Source: Pseudomonadota bacterium (lineage in GTDB: Bacteria > Pseudomonadota > Gammaproteobacteria > Burkholderiales > Burkholderiaceae_C). From it: a stretch of DNA of 64,000 bases. Location: assembly GCA_040386575.1 (NCBI GenBank), contig JAZKFI010000036.1:37716-101715 (forward strand), in the 5' to 3' direction. The notes beneath the pieces were generated by a model that saw only the letters and a list, made by a program, of their open reading frames with translations, was not told where the DNA came from and did not search any database. This document shows positions 17,681 to 26,801 of the stretch, piece by piece. Positions within the stretch are counted from its first letter, which is position 1; the number at the start of each line of letters is the position of its first letter. Made by a program: the position numbers and the translations under genes.

Positions 17681-18765
17681 GCCGCAGTCCCGGGTGCGCC
17701 CGTTCGCGCCTGCCGCATCGCAAACACCCACACCAGAATGCGTGCCACCTGCGCATACAGGTTCGGCGGAACGTGCTGTTCAACGTCGACGGTGCGGTAC
17801 AGCTCCCGTGCCAGCGGCGGGTTTTGCACCACCGGTATGTTGTGCCGCGCGGCGATCTTCCTCATCGTGGCCGCGAGCGTGCCGGCACCCTTCGCGACAA
17901 TCTGGGGGGACTGCATCTGGCCGTGCACATAGCGCAGCGCCACCGCGAAATGTGTCGGATTGGTCAGGACAACGTCCGCCGTTGAGGTATGACGCACGGC
18001 CATGCTGCGCTTGAGCGCTTCGCGGCGCAGTTCGCGCAATCTCGCCCGAATGCGCGGGTCGCCTTCGCGAGTCTTGTTTTCGTCCTTGAGTTCGCGCCGG
18101 CTCATGCGCATCTTCTTGTCGAACTCGCGGCGAGTGAACCCGAAGTCCACCAGCGCGATGATGCAGAGCATCAGCGCCATCTTCAGGCCAGTGGCGGCCA
18201 CGTCATCAACGAGCGTGCGCAGCAGCCTAGGAGCGGACATCGAAGCCAGGTGAAAGAACTGCGGCATCAGGCTCTTGAGCGCCTGATAGACCACGAGGCC
18301 GAGTAGCAGCAGTTTGATGATCGCCCGCGCACCATCGAACAAGGTGCGCATGGAAAAGACCTTCTTGAATCCATTGACAGGATTCGCACGGTCGAAGTCA
18401 GGCTTGACGGGATCGGCCGAGAGGATAGCACCGGTTTGCATCATGTTGCCTGCTATCGCAGCAATGACGATCGCACCCAGGAATGGCGCCAGCATGAGCA
18501 GGCTGTCCTGCACCATGGCGCTCACCAGCCGCCAAAGACTGGCGGGGCTGGCCTCCATGCGACCGGCTTGCGCCAGCAGCGAGTGGTCATAGCGAAATTG
18601 CGCGACGAGTCCATCGGCGCCCTGCCAGTACAAATACGCCACGGCCACGGTGAAAACGATCGCGGAAACCATGTCCGCGCTCTTGCCGACCTGGCCCTTG
18701 TCCCTGGCCTTTTCCAGTTTGTAGGGCGTGGCGGCTTCGTTGCGGTCGAGGTCCTGGTCGGCCAT
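17677..18765 (-). CDS. flhB: Type III/flagellar export apparatus switch protein FlhB/SctU
   Basis: 362 aa from [26 protein letters not shown]. It has four TM helices and the NPTH autocleavage motif ([13 protein letters not shown]). ATGA overlaps occur at both ends. The longer track ORF (to 18990) overlaps fliR. Confidence 0.85.
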
Positions 18766-19598
18766 CAACGTACTCCCTGAACGGATGCAGGCGAGACAGA
18801 CAGCGTGGCATCCCAGCTCTTGTAGATAGACCCGTAGATGCGGCTCATGGAATCGCCCATGCCGCCGAACCAGAGAGACAGCGCGGCCAGGCCGACAACG
18901 ATCTTGACCGGGATGCCGATCACGAACATGTTCATCTGGGGCAGGTTGCGCGCAACCACGCCAAGCGCGAGTTCGACGAGCAGGAGGCAAACCACCACGG
19001 GGGCTGCGAGCGCGAAGCCCATCCCGAAGAGCCCGCCGACCTGCTTGATGACCAGAGGCACGCTCGCCTCCAGCGGCCAGGGGCGCCCGAGGGGAAACCG
19101 CTCAAGGCTGAACGCGATGCCGCGAAGCAGTGCGTGGTGGCCGTTGATCAGAAAGAAGGTGATGACGCCAAGCCGGTCGAATGCCGAGGTCAGCACGGGC
19201 ACCTGACGGCTGGACACCGGGTCGTAAACCTGCGCCATGCCGAAGCCGATCTGGATGTCGATCAGACGCCCGGCCAGCGAGATCGCGGCGAACGCGCTGA
19301 GGATTCCCAGTGCCAGCATGGCCCCGAGGGCCACCTCTGTCAGGGCCGCAGCAAAGAGTGCTGCCGAACCGGCCGCGAAAAACGGGTCGACCAACCCCTG
19401 GACCGGAACGCCGAGCGCAAGGGCCGCTGCCAGGCCGATCAGCAGCAGCAGGCGGGCAACGGCCGGAACCCCGAATGCGTAAAGCACAGGGGTCATCAGG
19501 AACACCGCCGAAAGGCGAAGCGACAGGAGGAAAACCGCCACGACATAGCCGGGATCGACTGCGCCAGCGAGGCCGGAAGCGATGAGGCTGAAATTCAT
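18765..19598 (-). CDS. fliR: Type III/flagellar export gate protein FliR/SctT
   Basis: 277-aa polytopic membrane protein with the FliR pattern (LRLSAVFLMTPV..., LINGHHALL, PQMNMFVIGIPVKI). Confidence 0.8.
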   Translation of the reverse strand: MNFSLIASGLAGAVDPGYVVAVFLLSLRLSAVFLMTPVLYAFGVPAVARLLLLIGLAAALALGVPVQGLVDPFFAAGSAALFAAALTEVALGAMLALGILSAFAAISLAGRLIDIQIGFGMAQVYDPVSSRQVPVLTSAFDRLGVITFFLINGHHALLRGIAFSLERFPLGRPWPLEASVPLVIKQVGGLFGMGFALAAPVVVCLLLVELALGVVARNLPQMNMFVIGIPVKIVVGLAALSLWFGGMGDSMSRIYGSIYKSWDATLSVSPASVQGVR

Positions 19599-19599
19599 G

Positions 19600-19875
19600 T
19601 CATGTGCCGGGGAACATGGCGGGAATCTGGGTCCAGAGCCGGTTCGTGAACTGGGAGAGCGTGCGCAGCATCCAGGGACCGAAGACGACGAGCGAAATTG
19701 CGGCCGTCACCAGCTTGGGAACAAACGTCAGGGACATCTCCTGGACCTGCGTAACCACCTGCAGGATGCTGATAGCAAGCCCGACCAGCATCACAAGTCC
19801 CAGCACTGGCAGGCAAACCAGCAGGCCGGTCCAAAACAGGTCAGCCATCATGGCGATGGCCACATCTGAACGCAT
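19600..19875 (-). CDS. fliQ: Type III/flagellar export gate protein FliQ/SctS
   Basis: 91 aa from MRSDVAIAMMADLF. The segment ISILQVVTQVQEMSLTFVPKL matches the FliQ core. AAGGA lies about 8 nt upstream of this ATG. Confidence 0.8.
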   Translation of the reverse strand: MRSDVAIAMMADLFWTGLLVCLPVLGLVMLVGLAISILQVVTQVQEMSLTFVPKLVTAAISLVVFGPWMLRTLSQFTNRLWTQIPAMFPGT

Positions 19876-19954
19876 TTCCCAATCCTTTTTATACGGTGCC
19901 GCATTGGCAAATGACTTGCTCAAAAGAGAAAGGCATCAGGGTGAAATCAAATTT

Positions 19955-19973
19955 TTGAACTAATTAAGTTCAA
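19955..19973. promoter_or_regulatory. 19-bp near-perfect palindrome in an AT-rich divergent intergenic region (candidate operator)
   Basis: TTGAACTAATTAAGTTCAA has one central mismatch and is flanked by AATCAA / TTGATT. It lies between fliQ (-) and the response-regulator gene (+). Confidence 0.35.
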
Positions 19974-20079
19974 TTGATTACGATTTCCGTATTAGTTTAG
20001 GAGGGCGAATCTGTCTGGTAAACCCTTAATCAAGCGCAAATGCTCATCCAATGGTCTTGGTGCCCGTAGGATTCGCCGC

Positions 20080-20757
20080 ATGCGAATCTTGCTGGTGGAG
20101 GATGACAAAGTGCTTGCCGACGCGCTTTCGCGTGCGTTGCAGCAATCGGCCCATACCGTGGATTCGGTCGACACCGGCGAGCTGGCCGATAGCGCGCTGG
20201 TGACCCATGCCTACGACCTTGCGGTGCTCGACATCGGCTTGCCCGTGATGAGCGGCCTGGATGTCCTTCGCAGGTTACGCGCGCGCCGCTCCATCACGCC
20301 TGTCCTGATGCTCACGGCCTTCGATGGCCTCGCCGATCGTGTCGCCGGCCTGGATGCGGGGGCCGACGATTACCTTGCCAAGCCCTTCGACCTTCCTGAA
20401 TTTGAAGCGCGAGTGCGTGCGCTGCTGCGCCGGGGCGCACAGACGACCCCCGTCATCGAGCACGGAAAGCTCAGCTTCGACTCGGTCGCGCGGCGCGTCT
20501 ACCATCAGGGCAAGGCGATCGACCTGTCTGCGCGCGAACTCGCACTCTTTGAGCTGCTCCTGCTCAAGGAAGGGCGTGTGGTGAGCAAGGAGCACATCGT
20601 GAACCAGCTCTACGGCTGGGACGACGAGGTGGCAGCCAACGCCATCGAGGTGCATGTCTATCGCCTGCGCAAGAAGCTCGAGCCATATGGCTGCGAGATT
20701 CGCACCATCCGGGGGATGGGTTACCTGGTGGAACGGCCGGATGACGACACGGCGTGA
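20080..20757 (+). CDS. OmpR-family two-component response regulator (TctD/QseB-like)
   Basis: 225 aa with a receiver domain (MRILLVEDD...DLAVLDIGLP...DDYLAKPF) and a winged-helix output domain (IEVHVYRLRKKL...IRTIRGMGY). Confidence 0.9.
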   Translation: MRILLVEDDKVLADALSRALQQSAHTVDSVDTGELADSALVTHAYDLAVLDIGLPVMSGLDVLRRLRARRSITPVLMLTAFDGLADRVAGLDAGADDYLAKPFDLPEFEARVRALLRRGAQTTPVIEHGKLSFDSVARRVYHQGKAIDLSARELALFELLLLKEGRVVSKEHIVNQLYGWDDEVAANAIEVHVYRLRKKLEPYGCEIRTIRGMGYLVERPDDDTA

Positions 20758-22132
20758 GCCGCTCCTGAAGCGCAAACTGCTGGCGGTGCTGCTGGGACCC
20801 CTGCTCGTGCTGCTCCTGCTCGACTCGGGATTCAGCTGGTGGACCTCGTGGAAGTTCGCCACCCTTGCGCATGACCGCTCGTTGCACGAGATCGCGCGTG
20901 AACTCGTGCTTCACGTGCACGGCGACCGGGGCCGAGTCGTACTGGAGCTCTCGCCTGCGGCCGAGCGCCTGCTGCTGCAGGATCCGGAAGACAAACTGTT
21001 TTTTCGCGTCACGACGCGCTCGGGGCAAATGCTCGGCGGAGAGACGGACTTCCCGCTGCCAGGCAACGGTAATGCCCGCATCAACGGCGAGGCGCGGTTC
21101 TACCCCACGCAAGTGCGCCAGCATGAGGTGCGCGCCGTGGCAGCCTGGCTCCCCTGGGAGGGAGCGGCTCCGGGTGACGAGGTGTTGGTGCAGGTAGCCG
21201 AGACGCTGCGCCAGCGCACGGCCCTCGCACATGACATCCTGCTCATGACTTTGCTGCCGCAGTTGCTGCTGGTGCTCCTGGCCAGCGCCGCCGTCTATAT
21301 CGGAGTCGCCTCCGGACTCAAGCCGCTGGAGCGACTGAAGGCGGCCGTTTCGGCGCGATCCCACACGCATCTCGGCCCGCTGGATACGGCAGGCGTGCCC
21401 GGAGAGGTGCGGCCCATCGTAGAGGAAGTGAACGACCTCATGAGCCGGCTCGGCCAGTCGCTGGAAAGTCGCGACCGCTTCATCGCCGACGCCGCGCACC
21501 AGCTCAAGACTCCCGTCAGTGGCTTGAAGGCACAGATCGAACTCGCCCTGCGCGAGAGCGATCCAGAACGGCTCAAGCATTCACTGGCCCAGTTGTACAT
21601 CAGCACCGAACGGCTGGCCCGGCTGGTACGGCAGTTGCTCGAACTGGCCCGCAACGAACCGGGCGCGGCGACCGTGCAGCTCGAACCCCTGGACCTGCGT
21701 GCGCTCGCGCTCAGCACCAGCATGGAATGGGTGCCGCAGGCGCTTCGTGCAGGAGTCGACCTGGGATTCGACAGCGTCGAAATCCCCATGCGGGTCCTGG
21801 GGGAGCCGGAGCGACTTCGCGAGCTGGTCAACAACCTGATCGACAACGCCATTCGTTACAGCGCTCGGGGCGGGCGCGTGACGGTGAGCACATGGCTCGA
21901 AGGCGCCCATGTCTGCCTCGCCGTGGGCGATGACAGCACCCGCATACCGCAAGCAGAGCGGGCAAGAATCTTCGAGCGCTTCCATCGCATTCTGGGTACG
22001 CACGCCGACGGTAGCGGCCTCGGGCTTGCCATCGTGAGCGAAATTGCATCGCTGCATGGTGCATGCATCCGCCTTGAAGATGACACCGACGGTGTCGGCA
22101 ACCGCTTCATCCTCGACTTCCCTCGCGCCTGA
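20741..22132 (+). CDS. Sensor histidine kinase (TctE-like), partner of the preceding regulator
   Basis: The start is MTTRREPLLKRKLLAVLLGPLLVLL. It has two TM segments, the H-box FIADAAHQLKTPV, an N-box NLIDNAIRYS and a G-box GSGLGLAIV. It overlaps the regulator gene by 17 nt. Confidence 0.85.
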   Translation: MTTRREPLLKRKLLAVLLGPLLVLLLLDSGFSWWTSWKFATLAHDRSLHEIARELVLHVHGDRGRVVLELSPAAERLLLQDPEDKLFFRVTTRSGQMLGGETDFPLPGNGNARINGEARFYPTQVRQHEVRAVAAWLPWEGAAPGDEVLVQVAETLRQRTALAHDILLMTLLPQLLLVLLASAAVYIGVASGLKPLERLKAAVSARSHTHLGPLDTAGVPGEVRPIVEEVNDLMSRLGQSLESRDRFIADAAHQLKTPVSGLKAQIELALRESDPERLKHSLAQLYISTERLARLVRQLLELARNEPGAATVQLEPLDLRALALSTSMEWVPQALRAGVDLGFDSVEIPMRVLGEPERLRELVNNLIDNAIRYSARGGRVTVSTWLEGAHVCLAVGDDSTRIPQAERARIFERFHRILGTHADGSGLGLAIVSEIASLHGACIRLEDDTDGVGNRFILDFPRA

Positions 22133-22211
22133 CAGTTTCAGGACAGCTTCCGTGCAAGTGGCTGACAGCGGCCGCTCCTAGTCTCGCGGGTGTACCAACC
22201 AGGAGACATCG

Positions 22212-22904
22212 ATGCTTGCGGCCATGGCCACCCCTGAATTCCTGATCGCGCTCTCGCAGATCATCCTCATCAACATCGTGCTGAGCGGCGACAACGCCGT
22301 GGTCATTGCGCTGGCAAGCCGATCACTGCCACCGCGGCAGCAAAAAAGAGCCATCCTGTTCGGCAGCATCGGCGCCATCGTGCTTCGCATCGTGCTCACT
22401 TTTTTCGCCGTGTACCTCCTGGCGCAGCCTTACCTCAAGCTGATCGGGGCAGCATTGCTGCTCTGGATCGGCATCGGCCTGCTCAAGGACGACGACGGCG
22501 AGGAAAACCTCCAGGGACACTCCAACCTCGCTGCGGCGATCAGGACGATCATCGTGGCGGACCTCGTGATGAGCCTGGACAATGTGATCGGCGTTGCCGC
22601 CGCTGCCAAAGGCAATGTCCCCCTGCTCGTCATCGGGCTCGTGATCAGCATCCCCCTGATTATCTTTGGCAGCTCGCTGCTGCTGAAGGTCATGACGCGC
22701 TTCCCGGTCATCATCACCATAGGCGCCGGGCTTCTCGGCTGGGTGGCTGGCGAGATGGCTGTGTCGGATCCCGCCGTGAGTGGATGGACCGAAGCCCATC
22801 ACTCGGTGCACACGATTGCACCGGCCCTGGGGGCGGTACTGGTGGTCGTCCTGGGCAAGTGGTTGATGAACCGCTCTGCCACTGAACAGGCCCAGGCTGC
22901 GTGA
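22212..22904 (+). CDS. TerC/YjbE-family integral membrane protein
   Basis: 230 aa with duplicated LSGDNAVVIAL / MSLDNVIGVAA motifs. Confidence 0.8.
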   Translation: MLAAMATPEFLIALSQIILINIVLSGDNAVVIALASRSLPPRQQKRAILFGSIGAIVLRIVLTFFAVYLLAQPYLKLIGAALLLWIGIGLLKDDDGEENLQGHSNLAAAIRTIIVADLVMSLDNVIGVAAAAKGNVPLLVIGLVISIPLIIFGSSLLLKVMTRFPVIITIGAGLLGWVAGEMAVSDPAVSGWTEAHHSVHTIAPALGAVLVVVLGKWLMNRSATEQAQAA

Positions 22905-22914
22905 GGAACCACCC

Positions 22915-23346
22915 ATGAAAAAGAACATTCTCCTGGTCGTCACCGACGATGCCGCCCGGACCCGCGCGACGGTCAACAACGTTCTTGCTGCGGCGCCGGC
23001 GGACGATCTGATGCTTCACCTGATCTCGGTGCAACCGAGGGTCACCTCGCATGTCGCCATGTTCTTCGACCAGGCCGAGTTGCGCGCCATTCATGAGCAG
23101 GCGGGCCGAGAGGCCCTCGCGCCCATCGAACAGCTGCTGGACACTGCGGGCGTCTCCTACGCCTCCCACGTGAAGGTTGGCCGCAAGGCGGAGACGATTG
23201 CCCAGGCCGCACGCGAGTTGCACTGCGAACGGATCGTGTGCGGCTCGGAGGGTTCGGGAGCGACAGCGCGCATGTTTGGCTCGCTGGCCGGTCAGGTTCG
23301 CCAACTGATGGCGGGAACCCGCGACTGCGAGGTGATCAGCTCATGA
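22915..23346 (+). CDS. Universal stress protein (UspA family)
   Basis: 143 aa with the UspA-like layout and C-terminal GSEG.....FGS motif. Confidence 0.7.
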   Translation: MKKNILLVVTDDAARTRATVNNVLAAAPADDLMLHLISVQPRVTSHVAMFFDQAELRAIHEQAGREALAPIEQLLDTAGVSYASHVKVGRKAETIAQAARELHCERIVCGSEGSGATARMFGSLAGQVRQLMAGTRDCEVISS

Positions 23347-23377
23347 TGCCCCGCAGGGCCGGATAGCAGCCAGACGT

Positions 23378-23512
23378 TCAGCGCCCTTTGAAAACAGGCC
23401 TTCGCTTATTGGCCTGCGCGGACATGCCCTCGGTATAGTCTTCGGTAGCCTCAAGGGGGCGGCGCAGGGACTGATCGAGGGCCACTGCCTTAACGAACGG
23501 CAAGATTTCAGC
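23378..23512 (-). pseudogene. Relic of the 3' end of an enoyl-CoA hydratase (crotonase) gene, about 44 codons
   Basis: The minus-strand translation AEILPFVKAVALDQSLRRPLEATEDYTEGMSAQANKRRPVFKGR* matches the crotonase C-terminal signature (..D..EG..AF.EKR.P.F.GR*). An in-frame TAA lies immediately upstream, and there is no start codon or upstream part. Confidence 0.5.
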
Positions 23513-23640
23513 TTACGAGGTGTACGTGATCAAGTACGCCGAGCACCAGCGGCGAGCATCGGCCAATTTCATCGGCGGAGACCCGCGGCCAGCCTGCACC
23601 TGGCGCCTGGCGTTGCGCCGCATGCGGATACTGTGCGGCG

Positions 23641-24891
23641 CTAGGCCTGCACGGCGGGTCCCATCAGCGTGTAACCCTTCAACGGCAGACGCAGCGACAG
23701 TGCAGCCGCAAGCAGCAGCAGCACCCCCGCGCTTCCGAACGCGACCCAGTGCGTGCCGAAGGTTTCATAACCCCAGCCGCCCAGCCACGAGCTGAGCATC
23801 CCGCCGATCTGGTGGCCGAGGTAGCCCAGGCCGTACAGGACACCGACCAGCCGCACGCCATAGACGTCCGCAAGGATCGCCGATGAAAGTGCAATGCTGC
23901 CGGCCCAGACGAGCCCGCCGATCGAAGCGGCCAGGTACAACTCGAAGTGCGTTCCCACCAGCACCAGTGCAAAGAATCCGAGGCCGCGAATCGAGTAGAT
24001 CGCTGCCAGCAGGTTGCGGCGCGGCACCCGATCGGCCAGCCGGCCCAGCGCTACCGTGCCGAAGATTGCCACCAGCCCGATCAGCCCGATGCCCATCGAA
24101 CTGGACATCGCATCGAAGCCATGGTCCATCAACATCGGCATGCCATGCGTGCCGAGCAGGTTCATCGAAAAGCCACATGCGAACAGGCCGAGAAACACCT
24201 GCCAGAAAGGAACCGTCCGCATCACCTCACGCAACTGGAGACTGGTCGTGGCAGCCGGCGGATTGGCTCGCAAGGCGGCGATCTCCCGCGCGTCCAGGTC
24301 AGTGTGCTCAGGGGCATCGTCGCGCATCACCAGAAACGCCACAGGAACCGTGAACATCGCAAACACCCCCGCGAACCCCAGCAAGGTCATGCGCCAGCCC
24401 CACCCGGCAATCGCATAGGCGAGCACAGGCGTCATCACAGCCATGCCGGCCATCGAACCCGTGGACAGGAAGAACAGGGCCATGCCTCGCCGGCGTGTGA
24501 ACCAGTGGCTGATGACCGGCGTGAGCGCCACCGGACTCGTGAAGCCTAGTCCCACCGAAAGCATCACGCCAAAGGCCAGCAGAAAGGTCGTCGCGCTGCG
24601 CGCATTGACCGACCAGATGGCCCCCGCCACGACGATCCCGGTGCCCAGCAGCAAGACGAAGCGAGTGCCGCGGCGCGCGACAAGATAGCCCGCCACGGGC
24701 ATCGCCAGGCCGTAGCACAGCATTCCCGCTGCGATGATCGATGCGAGCAGGCTTCGGCTGAAGCCCAGGTCGTTGGCAATCGGAAGGAAGAAAGGCCCTA
24801 TCCCCAGCCTCATGCCCGTGGACAGCAGCGTGAGCGTCGCCGCGGCGCCGACAATGTTCCAGCCGAAATACCACCGGGTGCCGACGGTCAT
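23641..24891 (-). CDS. MFS transporter
   Basis: 416 aa from MTVGTRWYFGWNIVG with about 12 hydrophobic helices. The track ORF's 103-aa N-terminal extension overlaps the MaoC gene and is rejected. Confidence 0.8.
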   Translation of the reverse strand: MTVGTRWYFGWNIVGAAATLTLLSTGMRLGIGPFFLPIANDLGFSRSLLASIIAAGMLCYGLAMPVAGYLVARRGTRFVLLLGTGIVVAGAIWSVNARSATTFLLAFGVMLSVGLGFTSPVALTPVISHWFTRRRGMALFFLSTGSMAGMAVMTPVLAYAIAGWGWRMTLLGFAGVFAMFTVPVAFLVMRDDAPEHTDLDAREIAALRANPPAATTSLQLREVMRTVPFWQVFLGLFACGFSMNLLGTHGMPMLMDHGFDAMSSSMGIGLIGLVAIFGTVALGRLADRVPRRNLLAAIYSIRGLGFFALVLVGTHFELYLAASIGGLVWAGSIALSSAILADVYGVRLVGVLYGLGYLGHQIGGMLSSWLGGWGYETFGTHWVAFGSAGVLLLLAAALSLRLPLKGYTLMGPAVQA

Positions 24892-24898
24892 GGTTTCT

Positions 24899-25768
24899 TC
24901 ATCCTTGTTGCGCAACCCCGGCCGTGCCATGCGACAAGACCACGACGCCGCGCGCCGGCACCAACGCGCGAAAACGCACGGACGGCCCGTCCTGCCAGAC
25001 TTCGGTTCGAATGATCTCGCCGGGGTAAACCGGACTCGAAAAGCGGGCCCGCATGCGCAGCAGCCTGCGCGGGTCGTAGCCGCAGCACAACCGAAGCAGC
25101 GCCCAGGCAGCCACAGCAAATGTACACCGGCCATGCAGCAAGGGACGTGGAAAGCCCGCAAGGCGCGCTTGCGCAGGGTCGGCATGCAACGGATTCGCAT
25201 CGCCGCTCAGCCGGTAGATCAGGGCAGCCTGTGGCAGCGTCGGGATGTCGCAGGTCGCGTCTGGAGAACGCTCGTCGGGCTGGGGGACCTTCACGGACTT
25301 CGGCAGCTGCTGCTCGAACCCGCCATGCGAGCGCGCCAGCGATGATGAGTACAGGGTGCAGATCGGTGCATGGCTGCCGATGTGACTCACCTCGCACGAC
25401 GTCACCAGCAACGCGCCGACGTCGGCCCCCTTGTCCTGCACGGCGGTCACGCGCGTGCGCCCTACCACGCTGCCTTCCACCGGCAGCGTGGCGTGGTTCT
25501 CGAACCCCATCTCTGCTTGCACGACATGCGCCAGGTCGACACCCGTCCCAGGCTCCGCGTACCAGAGAAACGGATAGGCCAGCACGGTGCCGAACGACGG
25601 CAACGCCTGCAGCCGGTCTTCGTACACGAACCGCAGTTCATCGGCACTGCACGGGTCCGCCCCCAGACCCACGCCCAGCGCGTAGAGGATCGTGTCGCGC
25701 GAAGTGAAGGTGCGCGATACGTCGGGGATGTTCCACGCACGCAGGCGCTGCGCGTCGAAGGGCGTCAC
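24899..25768 (-). CDS. MaoC-like double hot-dog (R)-hydratase/dehydratase
   Basis: 289 aa with ALIYRLSGDANPLHADP...GFPRPLLHG, the hydratase-2 motif. It is a paralog of 42156-43025. Confidence 0.8.
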   Translation of the reverse strand: MTPFDAQRLRAWNIPDVSRTFTSRDTILYALGVGLGADPCSADELRFVYEDRLQALPSFGTVLAYPFLWYAEPGTGVDLAHVVQAEMGFENHATLPVEGSVVGRTRVTAVQDKGADVGALLVTSCEVSHIGSHAPICTLYSSSLARSHGGFEQQLPKSVKVPQPDERSPDATCDIPTLPQAALIYRLSGDANPLHADPAQARLAGFPRPLLHGRCTFAVAAWALLRLCCGYDPRRLLRMRARFSSPVYPGEIIRTEVWQDGPSVRFRALVPARGVVVLSHGTAGVAQQG

Positions 25769-25784
25769 GTGTCAGTCCTGCACT

Positions 25785-26771
25785 TCACTCGGCGGTGATG
25801 CCGGCGGCGCGGATCACCTTGCCCCATCGGTCCGTCTCTGCCTTCAGCAGCACGCCCAGTTCCTGCGGATTGCCGGGAGCGACGATGCCTCCGGCCTTCT
25901 CGAACCGCTCACGCACCGCCGGCTCCTGCAACGCAGCGAGCATCGCTCGGCTGAGCGTGTCGATCACGTCCGCGGGCGTTCCTGCTGCTGCAGTGACCGA
26001 TGCCCATGACGACATTTCCAGTTCCGGGTATCCGAGTTCCCCGACGGTAGGCACATCCGGCAGGGCCGGCAGGCGCTTGGGCGACGTCACAGCCAGCGCG
26101 CGCAACTTGCCGGCGACGATGTGCTGCTGCGACGAAGCCACCTGGTCGAACATCACATCGACCTGCCCGCTCAGGAGATCGAGCAAGGCAGGGCCGTTGC
26201 CCTTGTACGGAATGTGATTGAGCTGCGTCTTGCTGTGGAACTGGAACAGCTCTGCGGCCATGTGGCTCGAAGCACCGATGCCACCCGACGCATACGAAAC
26301 CTTGCCCGGTGTGCTGCGCGCTCGCGCGATGAGTTCGTCCACCGTCTTGATGCCGCGGTCGGGGCGAACCTCGATGACCAGCGGTGTATCGAATACCTTG
26401 GCTATCGGTGCCAGGTCGCGCACCGGTTGCATCTTCAGGCTCTTGTAGAGGTGCGGGTTCATGACCAGCGTCCCCATCGACGTGAACAGCAGCGTGTAGC
26501 CATCGGGCCTGGACTTCGCGACCGCCTCGGCCCCTATCCCGCCATTGGCTCCGCCGAGGTTCTCCACGATCACCGTCTGCTTGAGCCGATGGCTGATCGC
26601 CTCGGCCAGGATGCGGCCACCCGCGTCCGTCGCGCCGCCGGGCGGGAACGGCACGATCATGCGAATCGTCTTGTTGGGAAACGCTTGCGCGAAGGCTGGC
26701 GCAGCGCCGAGGGACAACGCGCCGCCTGCAAGCAGGAGCTCGCGGCGGGACAGACGAGAAGGTGAGCGCAT
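25785..26771 (-). CDS. Bug-family (TctC-like) tripartite tricarboxylate transporter substrate-binding protein
   Basis: 328 aa with a Tat-like signal (SRRELLLAGG) and the motifs IRMIVPFPPGGATD and YASGGIGASSHM. Confidence 0.85.
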   Translation of the reverse strand: MRSPSRLSRRELLLAGGALSLGAAPAFAQAFPNKTIRMIVPFPPGGATDAGGRILAEAISHRLKQTVIVENLGGANGGIGAEAVAKSRPDGYTLLFTSMGTLVMNPHLYKSLKMQPVRDLAPIAKVFDTPLVIEVRPDRGIKTVDELIARARSTPGKVSYASGGIGASSHMAAELFQFHSKTQLNHIPYKGNGPALLDLLSGQVDVMFDQVASSQQHIVAGKLRALAVTSPKRLPALPDVPTVGELGYPELEMSSWASVTAAAGTPADVIDTLSRAMLAALQEPAVRERFEKAGGIVAPGNPQELGVLLKAETDRWGKVIRAAGITAE

Positions 26772-26801
26772 GGGAGTTCTCCTGGAGGAATACGGGTTGG
26801 T

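Noticed and set aside
22133-22211. Possible yybP-ykoY (Mn) riboswitch upstream of the TerC-family gene
   Set aside because: The leader is only ~80 nt long and I could not find the conserved riboswitch core. This would need a covariance-model search (Rfam/Infernal) to settle.
24892-25200. N-terminal 103-codon extension of the MFS ORF, and similar extensions of 35483-36712, 36490-37596, 17677-18990, 59987-60769, 60646-61443 and 61458-62216
   Set aside because: The extensions overlap the upstream genes and are Arg/Pro-rich with no family similarity. Internal ATGs give canonical N-termini (signal peptides, HAD motif I, FlhB N-terminus) and sensible intergenic spacing or ATGA coupling.
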